Shown here: positions 10,071-17,286 of the stretch, one piece after another
Layout of the letters: the number at the start of each line of letters is the position of its first letter
How positions within the stretch are numbered: the stretch's first letter is position 1
From: a virus
Lineage: Duplodnaviria > Caudoviricetes
DNA: 24,442 nucleotides
Virus record (IMG/VR): IMGVR_UViG_3300020042_003800
Coordinates: 1-24,442 of that record
Reading direction: 5' to 3' (one strand)
Position numbers and translations under genes: made by a program
The notes under the pieces: generated by a model
What the model was told of the DNA's origin: nothing
Database searches by the model: none
Seen by the model: only the letters and a program-made list of their open reading frames with translations

Positions 10071-10378
10071 TGAGTTCCCTTTAGTTTATAAATTCCAACA
10101 ACTCTTGCGTGGGCAGATGGGTTTGCAGACTGCTTGTAACCAATCTTTTCCCAAACATTCTCACGAAAGATCGAACCTGTTGCGTTTGGATGAACCGACT
10201 CTGGTCGACTGCACATTGACAGAACCTCATCGATTGATACCGAACCGTGCAAGGCGGCAAGCGCCTTGGCTGTACTACGGGCCTTGTCAACCCACGTTTT
10301 GTTATGGTCGTACACCTTCTGGACTCCAACATCCCGAAGGCGTACACCCGCCAGCAAATCAAGCGTTTGGTTGTCCAT
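10067..10378 (-). CDS. Hypothetical phage protein
   Basis: 103 aa, packed between the SSB-like gene and the exonuclease with an ATGA overlap. Confidence 0.75.
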   Translation of the reverse strand: MDNQTLDLLAGVRLRDVGVQKVYDHNKTWVDKARSTAKALAALHGSVSIDEVLSMCSRPESVHPNATGSIFRENVWEKIGYKQSANPSAHARVVGIYKLKGTQ

Positions 10379-10380
10379 GA

Positions 10381-11037
10381 TTAGAAGGGAAGATCATCTT
10401 CCATGTCGTCAAAGCCGCTAGAAGGGGCCTTAGAGGACTTTGGAGCGGTTTTCCCGCCTTGAAGGGCCTTCCACTCAGGCGAGGACTCAATAACCGCCTT
10501 GAGGCCCTTTCCGAAGGTTTCAAACAGTTCGTAGTCAGGATCAGCCAAGCGAAACTCTTGGGTGGGGTTCACGCCTTGGGGCAGGCCTGTTTGTTTGATC
10601 ACCGACGGAACAGGGGCTACGCCCTTGATGTTGGAGTACATCTTGCCGTTCTTGCCGGGCCGTGGCACCACCGTTACCATACACCACGCGCCAAGAATCG
10701 TTGAGATGTCAAAGCGCCTCAACTCTACGTCCGTAAATGGCTTGTTTCTCCAGTTCTGGAGGTCAAGTCGCAGGCTAGCCTTCTCGTGCCAGCTTAGCGT
10801 GTAGTTCTTGAAGATGGCCATGGGCCTGCCGTCGTCCGTGACAAGCTTGTTGCCATCGTCGTCCTCGCCGTGAAGCTCCCAAAACAGGGAGATCTTGCGT
10901 TGTTTTTTCTCTACGCCGTCGTACTCTGAGCGCTGTGTACCAATGTCAATGATGCGGTAGCAACGCGCTAGGTGTAGGCCTGCTGGGACTTGCTTAAAGT
11001 CGCTTGATGGGCCTGTGTCTTCTACGATAAAGCTCAT
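10381..11037 (-). CDS. Putative single-stranded DNA-binding / recombination protein
   Basis: Beta-rich N-terminus (VPAGLHLARCYRIIDIGTQ), acidic SSB-type tail DDMEDDLPF, next to an exonuclease. Confidence 0.7.
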   Translation of the reverse strand: MSFIVEDTGPSSDFKQVPAGLHLARCYRIIDIGTQRSEYDGVEKKQRKISLFWELHGEDDDGNKLVTDDGRPMAIFKNYTLSWHEKASLRLDLQNWRNKPFTDVELRRFDISTILGAWCMVTVVPRPGKNGKMYSNIKGVAPVPSVIKQTGLPQGVNPTQEFRLADPDYELFETFGKGLKAVIESSPEWKALQGGKTAPKSSKAPSSGFDDMEDDLPF

Positions 11038-11198
11038 AATTTTTCCTTAAATATTTGATCAAATTGTCGAGTAAAGTGGTTAATGAATTCGTCTAAGTTT
11101 GGACTGGTTTTGTACGCCTCCTCAAGTAAATATTTAGTGTATTCCTGCTGTGCAACAGGGTCGTTTTTCCATTCTTCGTATTCTCCGTGCGTAGCCAT
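11034..11198 (-). CDS. Small hypothetical protein (54 aa, not in ORF track)
   Basis: Manual translation MATHGEYEEWKNDPVAQQEY...FKEKL. GGAG upstream and ATGA overlap with the SSB-like gene. Confidence 0.7.
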   Translation of the reverse strand: MATHGEYEEWKNDPVAQQEYTKYLLEEAYKTSPNLDEFINHFTRQFDQIFKEKL

Positions 11199-11203
11199 GG
11201 TGA

Positions 11204-11413
11204 TCACTCCCAGTCTCCGAAGAACAAAGCCGCACCCACGTAGTCAGGAAGGGACGAGCCACCACTGTAGATGTGATTGATGTCTACGTTGTCGTTCATG
11301 CCACTGGCTATGCCCATGATGTAGTGAAGCTGTTCTGTGTGCCAATCAAGCACCATTAAGATGCCAATTCGACCTTTGCTGGTGTCAAACCAGATTACGT
11401 CTTGTAAGTTCAT
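11204..11413 (-). CDS. Hypothetical phage protein
   Basis: 69 aa, ATGA overlap with the upstream ORF. Confidence 0.7.
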   Translation of the reverse strand: MNLQDVIWFDTSKGRIGILMVLDWHTEQLHYIMGIASGMNDNVDINHIYSGGSSLPDYVGAALFFGDWE

Positions 11414-11604
11414 TCTTCGTCCTCTGGATATTCTTCTGGATCTGCAAGGTCTTCTTCTGTCTCGATTGCTGTGCTCTGAGCTTCTTGCTCACGTACAGCT
11501 TTGTTGCGCTCTTCGAGCTCTTTCCACTCTTGGGGCGTACGCTTAGGATTGATAAAGCCTTCAGGGCTTTCGGCTTCAAGTTCAGCCATGGTTTTGTGGG
11601 TCAT
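11410..11604 (-). CDS. Small acidic hypothetical protein
   Basis: Start MTHKTMAE overlaps the upstream stop (TAATG). Very acidic C-terminus EEDLADPEEYPEDEE. Confidence 0.65.
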   Translation of the reverse strand: MTHKTMAELEAESPEGFINPKRTPQEWKELEERNKAVREQEAQSTAIETEEDLADPEEYPEDEE

Positions 11605-11702
11605 TAGGGTCTCCAAATAAAAATGTCAAGGGCTAAGATCACTGCGCCGATGGCAAACAGGATCACGTTACTGCGCATGGTGCGGAATTCTTTGTCGTTC
11701 AT
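11604..11702 (-). CDS. 32-aa single-pass membrane peptide (not in ORF track)
   Basis: Manual translation MNDKEFRTMRSNVILFAIGAVILALDIFIWRP, with a GGAGG RBS upstream. Confidence 0.7.
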   Translation of the reverse strand: MNDKEFRTMRSNVILFAIGAVILALDIFIWRP

Positions 11703-11703
11703 G

Positions 11704-11922
11704 TCAAACCTCCCACACAACTAATGCGGTGTACAACGCAAGAAGAAACAGAATATAGACAACCCAGCCAGCAATGCGGCGCTGAGAGAACTCAGGCTCA
11801 ATGTTAAGCAGGGCCATCTGGATGATTTCATCATCGTGGCTCATGTGGTTTTCTGTGGGAGGGCTGTACATACAGCCAATGCGAAGACCAGACTTGGTCG
11901 TGTAGGGAAGTTGTTTATCCAT
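11704..11922 (-). CDS. Small protein with C-terminal transmembrane helix; first gene of the leftward operon
   Basis: AAGGAG RBS before MDKQLPYTTKSGLRIG. Hydrophobic tail IAGWVVYILFLLALYTALVV. Confidence 0.75.
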   Translation of the reverse strand: MDKQLPYTTKSGLRIGCMYSPPTENHMSHDDEIIQMALLNIEPEFSQRRIAGWVVYILFLLALYTALVVWEV

Positions 11923-11957
11923 TTGATTCTCCTTAACCGCCGTATCGGCGTGCAGGC

Positions 11958-11987
11958 ATTCTAACACGCAGTTAAAAACAAACACAA
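11958..11987 (-). promoter_or_regulatory. Leftward sigma70-like promoter overlapped by an operator-like palindrome
   Basis: Minus strand reads TTGTGT-18 nt-TAGAAT with a TGn extension. CTAAC-N5-GTTAA at 11961-11975. Confidence 0.6.
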
Positions 11988-12011
11988 TACATTCCCGAGT
12001 GAAACGTGGGG

Positions 12012-12040
12012 TTTCTTTTAATTCCAAGTTAATGTATACT
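12012..12040 (+). promoter_or_regulatory. Rightward promoter for the cro-like gene with operator-like site
   Basis: -10 TATACT at 12035-12040, weak -35, TTAAT-N5-GTTAA at 12018-12032, AAGGA RBS downstream. Confidence 0.6.
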
Positions 12041-12058
12041 TGCCGCTAAGGAACAACA

Positions 12059-12265
12059 ATGATGACATTGCAAGAGTATTTTTCGACGGAGCCGTTGGGC
12101 GCAAGAGGTGAGATGGCAGAGTATCTGGGCATCAGCCTGACGTGGTTGTCTTTGCTCATTCACGAGCGTAGAACAGCGTCTGCCGCACTGGCCGTCAAGA
12201 TTGAAAAAGCAACACAAGGTTTGGTCACAAGAAAAGACTTGCGTCCAGATTTGTTTTTCGTGTAA
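12059..12265 (+). CDS. Cro/YdaS-like helix-turn-helix regulator
   Basis: MAEYLGISLTWLS HTH and C-terminal IEKATQGLVTRKDLRPD typical of YdaS/Cro. Sits in the lambdoid position before the initiator. Confidence 0.85.
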   Translation: MMTLQEYFSTEPLGARGEMAEYLGISLTWLSLLIHERRTASAALAVKIEKATQGLVTRKDLRPDLFFV

Positions 12266-12268
12266 AGT
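12239..12268 (+). promoter_or_regulatory. Possible promoter for the replication initiator leader
   Basis: TTGCGT-18 nt-TAAAGT immediately before the structured leader. Confidence 0.4.
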
Positions 12269-12270
12269 TT

Positions 12271-12365
12271 GAAGCACGGCTAGGTAGGGCTTGATCACCC
12301 TGCCGAAAAGCGTTCCATCCCCGCCTGCCGCTGTTTCTTTTAGGGATGAGATTTTGGGATCGGCT
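12271..12365 (+). ncRNA. Candidate structured cis-regulatory RNA (three-way junction plus pseudoknot) in the initiator 5' UTR
   Basis: P1 GAAGCACGGC / GCCG-C-TGTTTC; P2 GGTAGGG / CCCTGCC; GAAAA linker; P3 GCG / CGC, whose loop CATCCC is complementary to downstream GGGATG. Confidence 0.5.
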
Positions 12366-13145
12366 ATGTACTATTACCAGTTCAATATTGGTGACTACCA
12401 GAGTCACACTTCGCACTTGTCTGACACAGAGGACTTGGCTTACCGCCGAATGCTCGATTGGTGCTACCTTCATGAGAAACCTTTGCCGCTCGACGTAGAG
12501 GATATTGCTCGTCAGATCCGTATGCGTTCGCATTGCGATAGCATTGCGCTCGTATTGCAGGAGTACTTCGAGCGTACAGATTCAGGGTGGATCTCAGATC
12601 GCGTGATCAAGGAAATTGAGGCAGTCGGGGTCAAGAAAGAGAAGGCATCAGCTTCCGCCAAAGCCAGATGGAATAAGGCTTCTCATGCGAACGCATTGCC
12701 AACGCAATCCAAAGGCAATGCTCCCATTACACATAACACAATACCCAGTATTACAGTATCTAAAGATACTGTTCGTCCGGCAACAGCCGAACCTGATGAA
12801 AAACAGAATTTGAAAATACTCGGTTGTGACCACAAGGGAGTTCTGTCTCTGTACCACACCACCTTGCCAAACTTACCTCACATCGAGATCTGGAACGACA
12901 CTCGTGCTGGCTACCTGAGACAAAGGTGGAGGGAGGTTGCGATTGACCTGTCAAAGAACGGGCCAGTCAGCCACGCTGACATGCTGGAATGGTGGAAGAA
13001 CTTCTTCGAGCACATTCGCAGTTCTAAGTTTTTGACTGGCAAAACCCAATCAAAGGACAAACCACCGTTCTTGGCTGACCTTGAATGGATCATCAAGCCA
13101 ACCAACTTCGCAAAAATCATTGAAGGCAAATACCACAGGGACTGA
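12366..13145 (+). CDS. DUF1376/YdaU-family phage replication initiator
   Basis: N-terminus MYYYQFNIGDYQSHTSHLSDTEDLAYRRMLDWCYLHEKPLP is characteristic. C-terminal ADLEWIIKPTNFAKIIEGKY is typical of phage replication proteins. Start reassigned from 12291. Confidence 0.85.
   Translation: MYYYQFNIGDYQSHTSHLSDTEDLAYRRMLDWCYLHEKPLPLDVEDIARQIRMRSHCDSIALVLQEYFERTDSGWISDRVIKEIEAVGVKKEKASASAKARWNKASHANALPTQSKGNAPITHNTIPSITVSKDTVRPATAEPDEKQNLKILGCDHKGVLSLYHTTLPNLPHIEIWNDTRAGYLRQRWREVAIDLSKNGPVSHADMLEWWKNFFEHIRSSKFLTGKTQSKDKPPFLADLEWIIKPTNFAKIIEGKYHRD
12519..12772. repeat. Iteron-like 11-bp repeats and palindrome inside the initiator gene (putative origin)
   Basis: Two 11-bp period clusters (12519-12562 and 12682-12725, GCA[T/A]TGC core). 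ATGCGTTCGCAT and ATGCGAACGCAT form an inverted pair. Palindrome ACAGTATCT-aa-AGATACTGT at 12753-12772. Confidence 0.55.
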
Positions 13146-13147
13146 TC

Positions 13148-13564
13148 ATGGCACTTAACAACTTTTCAAAATTCAACAAAATCGAAGCTGTCGACGACGG
13201 CCCTAACAATCACGACTGCTTTGCAAATGGTTGCCCCATGGCCGGCGGCATCTCAACTGGTGGCCGCTGGGTCTGCGCCTACCACCACCAAGCCACCCCG
13301 GATCTGTGGCCTCGCGTGACTGAGGCTTTACGTGACAGCGAAGACGTCCGCCTTGCCATCAACGAAGTCATGAAAATTGACATGATCTCTTGGGGTTCAG
13401 CGGTCAATGGTTACCCACCAAAGTGGCAAGAGTTTGCCGCTCTGTTTGACCACAAGCCTGACCTACAGCCTACAGAGCACGAGAGAATCCGCAAAACAAA
13501 GTACGAGTACCGCCTGCGTAATGAGTTGGCAATCAATGCAGGTTTAGCTCGGAGAAAGGCATGA
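13148..13564 (+). CDS. Hypothetical protein with putative Zn-binding motif
   Basis: CFANGC...WVCAYH, directly after the initiator. Confidence 0.75.
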   Translation: MALNNFSKFNKIEAVDDGPNNHDCFANGCPMAGGISTGGRWVCAYHHQATPDLWPRVTEALRDSEDVRLAINEVMKIDMISWGSAVNGYPPKWQEFAALFDHKPDLQPTEHERIRKTKYEYRLRNELAINAGLARRKA

Positions 13565-13779
13565 CGAAAAATGACGCCCAAAAAATCCTTGCTGAAATCC
13601 GCGAAGGGTTTGGTGATGCCTATACCGAGGCTTGCGCCATCGAATGTCTCTATCTCACTGGAGACCTTGGAACACATGAAAAATTGCGAAGCTCGAGAGT
13701 GGATGAAACGGTACGAGAAGAAGGCTATCGAGCTCGGCTCAGGGAGCGCGCAATTATGGTGGCAAAAAGTAAAGAGTGA
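13561..13779 (+). CDS. Hypothetical phage protein
   Basis: ATGA overlap with the upstream gene and GGAG upstream. Confidence 0.65.
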   Translation: MTKNDAQKILAEIREGFGDAYTEACAIECLYLTGDLGTHEKLRSSRVDETVREEGYRARLRERAIMVAKSKE

Positions 13780-13870
13780 CATCGAGAAACGACGGGGAAC
13801 CGAAGCAATGAATGACCTAGTAAACCGAATGAAAAAGGAGCGAGAAAATGGCAAAAGTAGAATTAAGTGA
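13676..13870 (+). CDS. Hypothetical phage protein (CEAREW...IEKRRG), overlapping the previous ORF
   Basis: Protein-like helical sequence that fills the gap to the next gene. GGAG at 13660-13663. Start uncertain. Confidence 0.6.
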   Translation: MKNCEAREWMKRYEKKAIELGSGSAQLWWQKVKSDIEKRRGTEAMNDLVNRMKKERENGKSRIK

Positions 13871-14093
13871 TTTTCAAAAGAAGTTCTTTGCACAAGGAAC
13901 TGGACAGACCTTGTTCACAGCAAAAGAATTTGAAGAGGGTCTGGCACAGGCCAAGGCTGAAATCATGGCTGTAGCGATACAGACCACGAAGCAGGCTATA
14001 GGCATAGAACGTGAAGCATGCGCGCAGGTTGCCTTACAGGCAGGCTTTGACGAGCTGGCGCAGGCTATCCGTACACGTATAAACCGCAACTAA
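13848..14093 (+). CDS. Hypothetical phage protein (EREACA motif)
   Basis: AAGGAG upstream; IEREACAQVA motif common in small phage proteins. Confidence 0.75.
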   Translation: MAKVELSDFQKKFFAQGTGQTLFTAKEFEEGLAQAKAEIMAVAIQTTKQAIGIEREACAQVALQAGFDELAQAIRTRINRN

Positions 14094-14103
14094 GGAGAAG
14101 AAA

Positions 14104-14298
14104 ATGTTAATGGGAAGACTAAACTGCAAAATGATGGAAGTAACGGGATCAATTGGCCTGAGCAAAGAATTTAAGATGGCCGATCCAACCGTACAGATTG
14201 ACCTGTTGAATGACTGGATTTACGAGCTCGAGCAGATTCAAAAAGCATTGTTGGATCAAGAGCACCCAGTGGTTCGCGCTCAACTGTGGGGCAAATGA
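14104..14298 (+). CDS. Hypothetical phage protein
   Basis: AAGGAG RBS, 64 aa. Confidence 0.7.
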   Translation: MLMGRLNCKMMEVTGSIGLSKEFKMADPTVQIDLLNDWIYELEQIQKALLDQEHPVVRAQLWGK

Positions 14299-14299
14299 G

Positions 14300-14653
14300 G
14301 TGCGGGTTGAACTAGACTTTCCGCCTGCTGAGCTGTTCCCAAACCGCGCCAAGGGCACGCACTGGGGCAGGCTGTACCAAATGCGCTCGGACTACCGCGA
14401 GGGCAGTACGTGGCTGGCCAAGCACCAGCTCACGGGCTGGAAGCATGCAGGGGGCGACATAAAGCTCACTATCACGTTTGAAATGCCTGATAAGCGCAAG
14501 AGGGACGCGGACAACTGCCTTGCCGCGGCTAAGGGAGCGCTGGACGGTTTGGCTGACGCAATGTTTGTGAACGACCAATTCTTTCAACCAATATTGATTT
14601 ACAGGATCGCCGGCGCCAAGCCCGGCAAACTCATAGTGGAGATTGAGCAATGA
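14300..14653 (+). CDS. rusA: RusA-like Holliday junction resolvase
   Basis: PDKRKRDADN...K..LDGLADAMFVND catalytic pattern. GTG start inferred just after the upstream stop. Confidence 0.8.
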   Translation: MRVELDFPPAELFPNRAKGTHWGRLYQMRSDYREGSTWLAKHQLTGWKHAGGDIKLTITFEMPDKRKRDADNCLAAAKGALDGLADAMFVNDQFFQPILIYRIAGAKPGKLIVEIEQ

Positions 14654-15396
14654 AACCCTTGCTTTCCGTCATGATGATCAGCTACAACAGCGTGCAGTAC
14701 ATCAAGGCCGCGATTGACAGCGTTAAGGCGCAAACGTATGACAACTGGGAGCTGGTCATTAACGACGACTGCTCGAGCGATGGCACGTTTGAGCTGGCCC
14801 AGAAGCTTGCTGAGAGCGATTCACGCATCAAGGTGTATCAGAACGAGACAAACCTTATGACGCCCCGCAACCGGGCCGCCGCGTCCAAGCATTTAACGGG
14901 CGACCTGATTGGCCACCTAGACGCTGACGACATGCTCTACCCGCATGCCATTGAGTACGCCGTTAAGGCCCTCAACGACAACCCAGACGTGGCGTTGGTT
15001 TACTCCGACACCGCCGGCATCAACTCTAAGGGGAAGCTCACTGGGTACAACATGCACACCGATGCAGACTCAAACTTGGCCTACTTTGGCTGGCGCCCGT
15101 TTGGCGTGTTCCGCATGTCAGTGTTCAAAGAGACACAGGGCTACAACACCAAGCTAACGGGTGGGTGCGAGGACGGCGACTTGTTCATGCAGATTGTTGA
15201 AGGCCGCAAGTTTATGCGAGTGCCCCACGTTCTGTACTACCACCGCTCGCACGAGACAAACACCAGCCCCAAGAACCATTCATGCGGGACGTGCCCCGAC
15301 CGCCCAGTGTGCAACTACATCAAGGTGTGGAGCAAGCACGCAAATTTTGATTACTTGACCTTTACCCCATTAGCAAAACCAGAGGAGAAGACATGA
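14650..15396 (+). CDS. Family 2 (GT-A) glycosyltransferase
   Basis: LSVMMISYN, ELVINDDCSSDGT, HLDADD (DxD) and EDGD motifs, plus a Cys-rich C-terminus. Confidence 0.9.
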   Translation: MKPLLSVMMISYNSVQYIKAAIDSVKAQTYDNWELVINDDCSSDGTFELAQKLAESDSRIKVYQNETNLMTPRNRAAASKHLTGDLIGHLDADDMLYPHAIEYAVKALNDNPDVALVYSDTAGINSKGKLTGYNMHTDADSNLAYFGWRPFGVFRMSVFKETQGYNTKLTGGCEDGDLFMQIVEGRKFMRVPHVLYYHRSHETNTSPKNHSCGTCPDRPVCNYIKVWSKHANFDYLTFTPLAKPEEKT

Positions 15397-15743
15397 GCAA
15401 GCTTATTGACCCAAACGAAGCGGTGGATTTCATGATTGCCAACTCAGCCAAATATGCAGAGGCAGAGGCCAATAAGGTGTTTATGGAGGAGCTGAGGAAG
15501 ACCATCAAGGCAGAGGAAATGAAAAACGCTGAAGCGTATGGCAATGGTGAGTACAAGACCGCCGCCATGCAGGAGCGAGAAGCCTACGCCTCCCCACGCT
15601 ACAAAGAGCACCTGCAAGCCCTCAGACAGGCCGTAGCGGAGCGCGAACGCCTTAGATGGCTCCTTATAGCCTGTCAGGAAAGAATCGCCGTATGGCGCTC
15701 TATGGAGGCTTCCAACCGCCACGTCGAGAAGGCTACCCTGTGA
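15393..15743 (+). CDS. Conserved-looking helical phage protein
   Basis: GGAG RBS, ATGA overlap, QEREAYAS..Y and VWRSMEASNR motifs. Confidence 0.75.
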   Translation: MSKLIDPNEAVDFMIANSAKYAEAEANKVFMEELRKTIKAEEMKNAEAYGNGEYKTAAMQEREAYASPRYKEHLQALRQAVAERERLRWLLIACQERIAVWRSMEASNRHVEKATL

Positions 15744-16012
15744 ACAACAGCCTCACAGCCAAGGAGAAAGCCTACGTCGGGCTGGTCAAAGAGCTCCCCT
15801 GCTCTGTGTGCGACCAAGAGGGGCCAAGCGACGCCCACCACGTTAAACAGCACAGGCAATACACCGTCGTGGCTCTGTGCAAGTCCTGCCATCAAGGGAG
15901 CAAGATGGGTTGGCACGGCGAGCGCAGGGCATGGGCCATAGCCAAGATGGAGGAGATCGATGCCCTGAACGTCACCGTGAAGCGGGTTATGGAGCTGTTG
16001 TTTCACAAATAA
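15740..16012 (+). CDS. Ref/DUF968-like Zn-binding HNH-type nuclease
   Basis: PCSVC...AHH...LCKSCHQ...HG pattern; GTGA overlap start. Confidence 0.7.
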   Translation: MNNSLTAKEKAYVGLVKELPCSVCDQEGPSDAHHVKQHRQYTVVALCKSCHQGSKMGWHGERRAWAIAKMEEIDALNVTVKRVMELLFHK

Positions 16013-16136
16013 TGTTGTATTTTTGCAAAAACACACAAAATAAATGCAAAAACTAGGGTTTGTCCTAATAAACGGCTTTAACTTTAAGTTAAGATAGCGT
16101 CACTGCAATAAGCAGGTTACCTGAAAGACAAACATC
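16013..16136 (+). promoter_or_regulatory. AT-rich intergenic promoter region with several palindromes
   Basis: TTTTTGCAAAAA, TAGGGTTTGTCCTA, perfect TTAACTT-T-AAGTTAA (16078-16092) overlapping a -10-like TAAGAT, then a CTGC-aataa-GCAG mini-hairpin. Confidence 0.6.
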
Positions 16137-16502
16137 ATGACAACAGCAACACAGATCCAAGCAGTCGCCGCCGTAGAGTCACTGCTCAACCCTATCGACC
16201 AGCTTTTCGTTCTGGATCGCCAACAAAAATCTTTGACCGCTCAGGTCAAGACCCTCAAAGACACTATCGCTAACACGTACGACGTATCCGCCAAAGACGC
16301 CGCCGGCAAGATCATTCCCCACCGTGGTGAGAAGTATGGCGTGAAGGTTACCATCGAAAACCGCATCGGTTCTTTGGACGCAGAAGCTGTGCTCAACGCA
16401 TTGCGCTCTACCAAAGAGTTTGCCGGGCTGACCGAAGAGCAGTTCAATGCTCAGTTCCGCGGCGAGTCCAGCGCCGTTATCAAAGTTTCAACTACAGCGT
16501 AA
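16137..16502 (+). CDS. Hypothetical phage protein
   Basis: 121 aa, first gene after the promoter region. Confidence 0.75.
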   Translation: MTTATQIQAVAAVESLLNPIDQLFVLDRQQKSLTAQVKTLKDTIANTYDVSAKDAAGKIIPHRGEKYGVKVTIENRIGSLDAEAVLNALRSTKEFAGLTEEQFNAQFRGESSAVIKVSTTA

Positions 16503-16512
16503 GGAGCCGGCC

Positions 16513-16674
16513 ATGACCACTTTGTTTAAATTAGAAGAGCATCTCATGATGCTATTGGTCGAAGACAAAATCTGCTTTGAAGAGGGCGACTGGGATCGTT
16601 TGGAAAACATTCGTTTGGCAATAGATGACACACGCGATCAGATTGAATTTTTTAACAAAAAGGTGCCAGCATGA
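16513..16674 (+). CDS. Small hypothetical protein
   Basis: AAGGAG RBS before MTTLFKLEEH; start reassigned from 16447. Confidence 0.65.
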   Translation: MTTLFKLEEHLMMLLVEDKICFEEGDWDRLENIRLAIDDTRDQIEFFNKKVPA

Positions 16675-16862
16675 AACTCGAGCTTGAAACAACTGTTACC
16701 ACCGAGTGTGGTCATCGCGTAACAGTCTGTCAGTGGGACGAGGGAGGGGTTTGGCTCCACCTGCAACTGCGTGGGTGTACAGCCCACACCACCCTGACTC
16801 GTACAGAAGCAGAGCAAATGCTTGCAGGCTTGCAGGCTATCTTGGCTAAAGAGGTGGCTTGA
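16671..16862 (+). CDS. Small hypothetical protein
   Basis: ATGA overlap, 63 aa. Confidence 0.65.
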   Translation: MKLELETTVTTECGHRVTVCQWDEGGVWLHLQLRGCTAHTTLTRTEAEQMLAGLQAILAKEVA

Positions 16863-17110
16863 TGTACGACAGCGTCACATGGGGTCGTGTAGTCCCTGCA
16901 AACTACGTATGGAACTTCCTGTCAGAAGATCAACTGTTAGACAACATGCAACGCATCTGGGACAACCCAGCCAATTGCGCGATGTCTCACCTCAAGGCAG
17001 GGATATCCCAGCTTGAAACTCGTGGCATTCTGACAAGCGAAGAGGCGGCTTCCTGTCTTAAAGAAACATTGAGATTAAGAGCCAAAGCAAAGCGGGAGGC
17101 GTTAGCATGA
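16862..17110 (+). CDS. Small hypothetical protein
   Basis: GAGGT RBS, TGATG overlap. Confidence 0.65.
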   Translation: MYDSVTWGRVVPANYVWNFLSEDQLLDNMQRIWDNPANCAMSHLKAGISQLETRGILTSEEAASCLKETLRLRAKAKREALA

Positions 17111-17286
17111 GCGAGACCAACATGAGCCCGTACATCAAAGGTTTCAACGCAGGTGTGGACTGCGTTTTGACCGAAATCGAGCGACTTGAGAAAACAGGCT
17201 CTCTGAGCCTCGATCAGCTACTCAAGCACCTTGACCCTCAACGAGATCAGAAAACGGCTCAAACGCCCGATAAAGGGGCTCCATGA
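17107..17286 (+). CDS. Small hypothetical protein (59 aa, not in ORF track)
   Basis: Manual translation MSETNMSPYIKGFNAGVD...KGAP. GGAGG RBS and ATGA overlaps on both sides. Confidence 0.7.
   Translation: MSETNMSPYIKGFNAGVDCVLTEIERLEKTGSLSLDQLLKHLDPQRDQKTAQTPDKGAP

Noticed and set aside
9853-10804. Plus-strand ORFs opposite the exonuclease and SSB-like genes, and similar antisense ORFs elsewhere
   Set aside because: They overlap well-supported genes on the other strand and have no recognisable motifs.
11923-12027. N-terminal extension of ORF 11704-12027
   Set aside because: It spans the divergent promoters, and a strong AAGGAG RBS supports the start at 11922.
12059-12265. YdaS as the toxin or antitoxin of a toxin-antitoxin pair
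   Set aside because: No YdaT-like partner is adjacent, and the position matches Cro.
12271-12337. tRNA or hammerhead ribozyme
   Set aside because: No cloverleaf or TTC-loop, and the hammerhead CUGANGA core is absent although GAAA is present.
12291-12365. TTG-started extension of the initiator ORF
   Set aside because: The family-typical N-terminus begins at ATG 12366, and the upstream part folds as an RNA leader.
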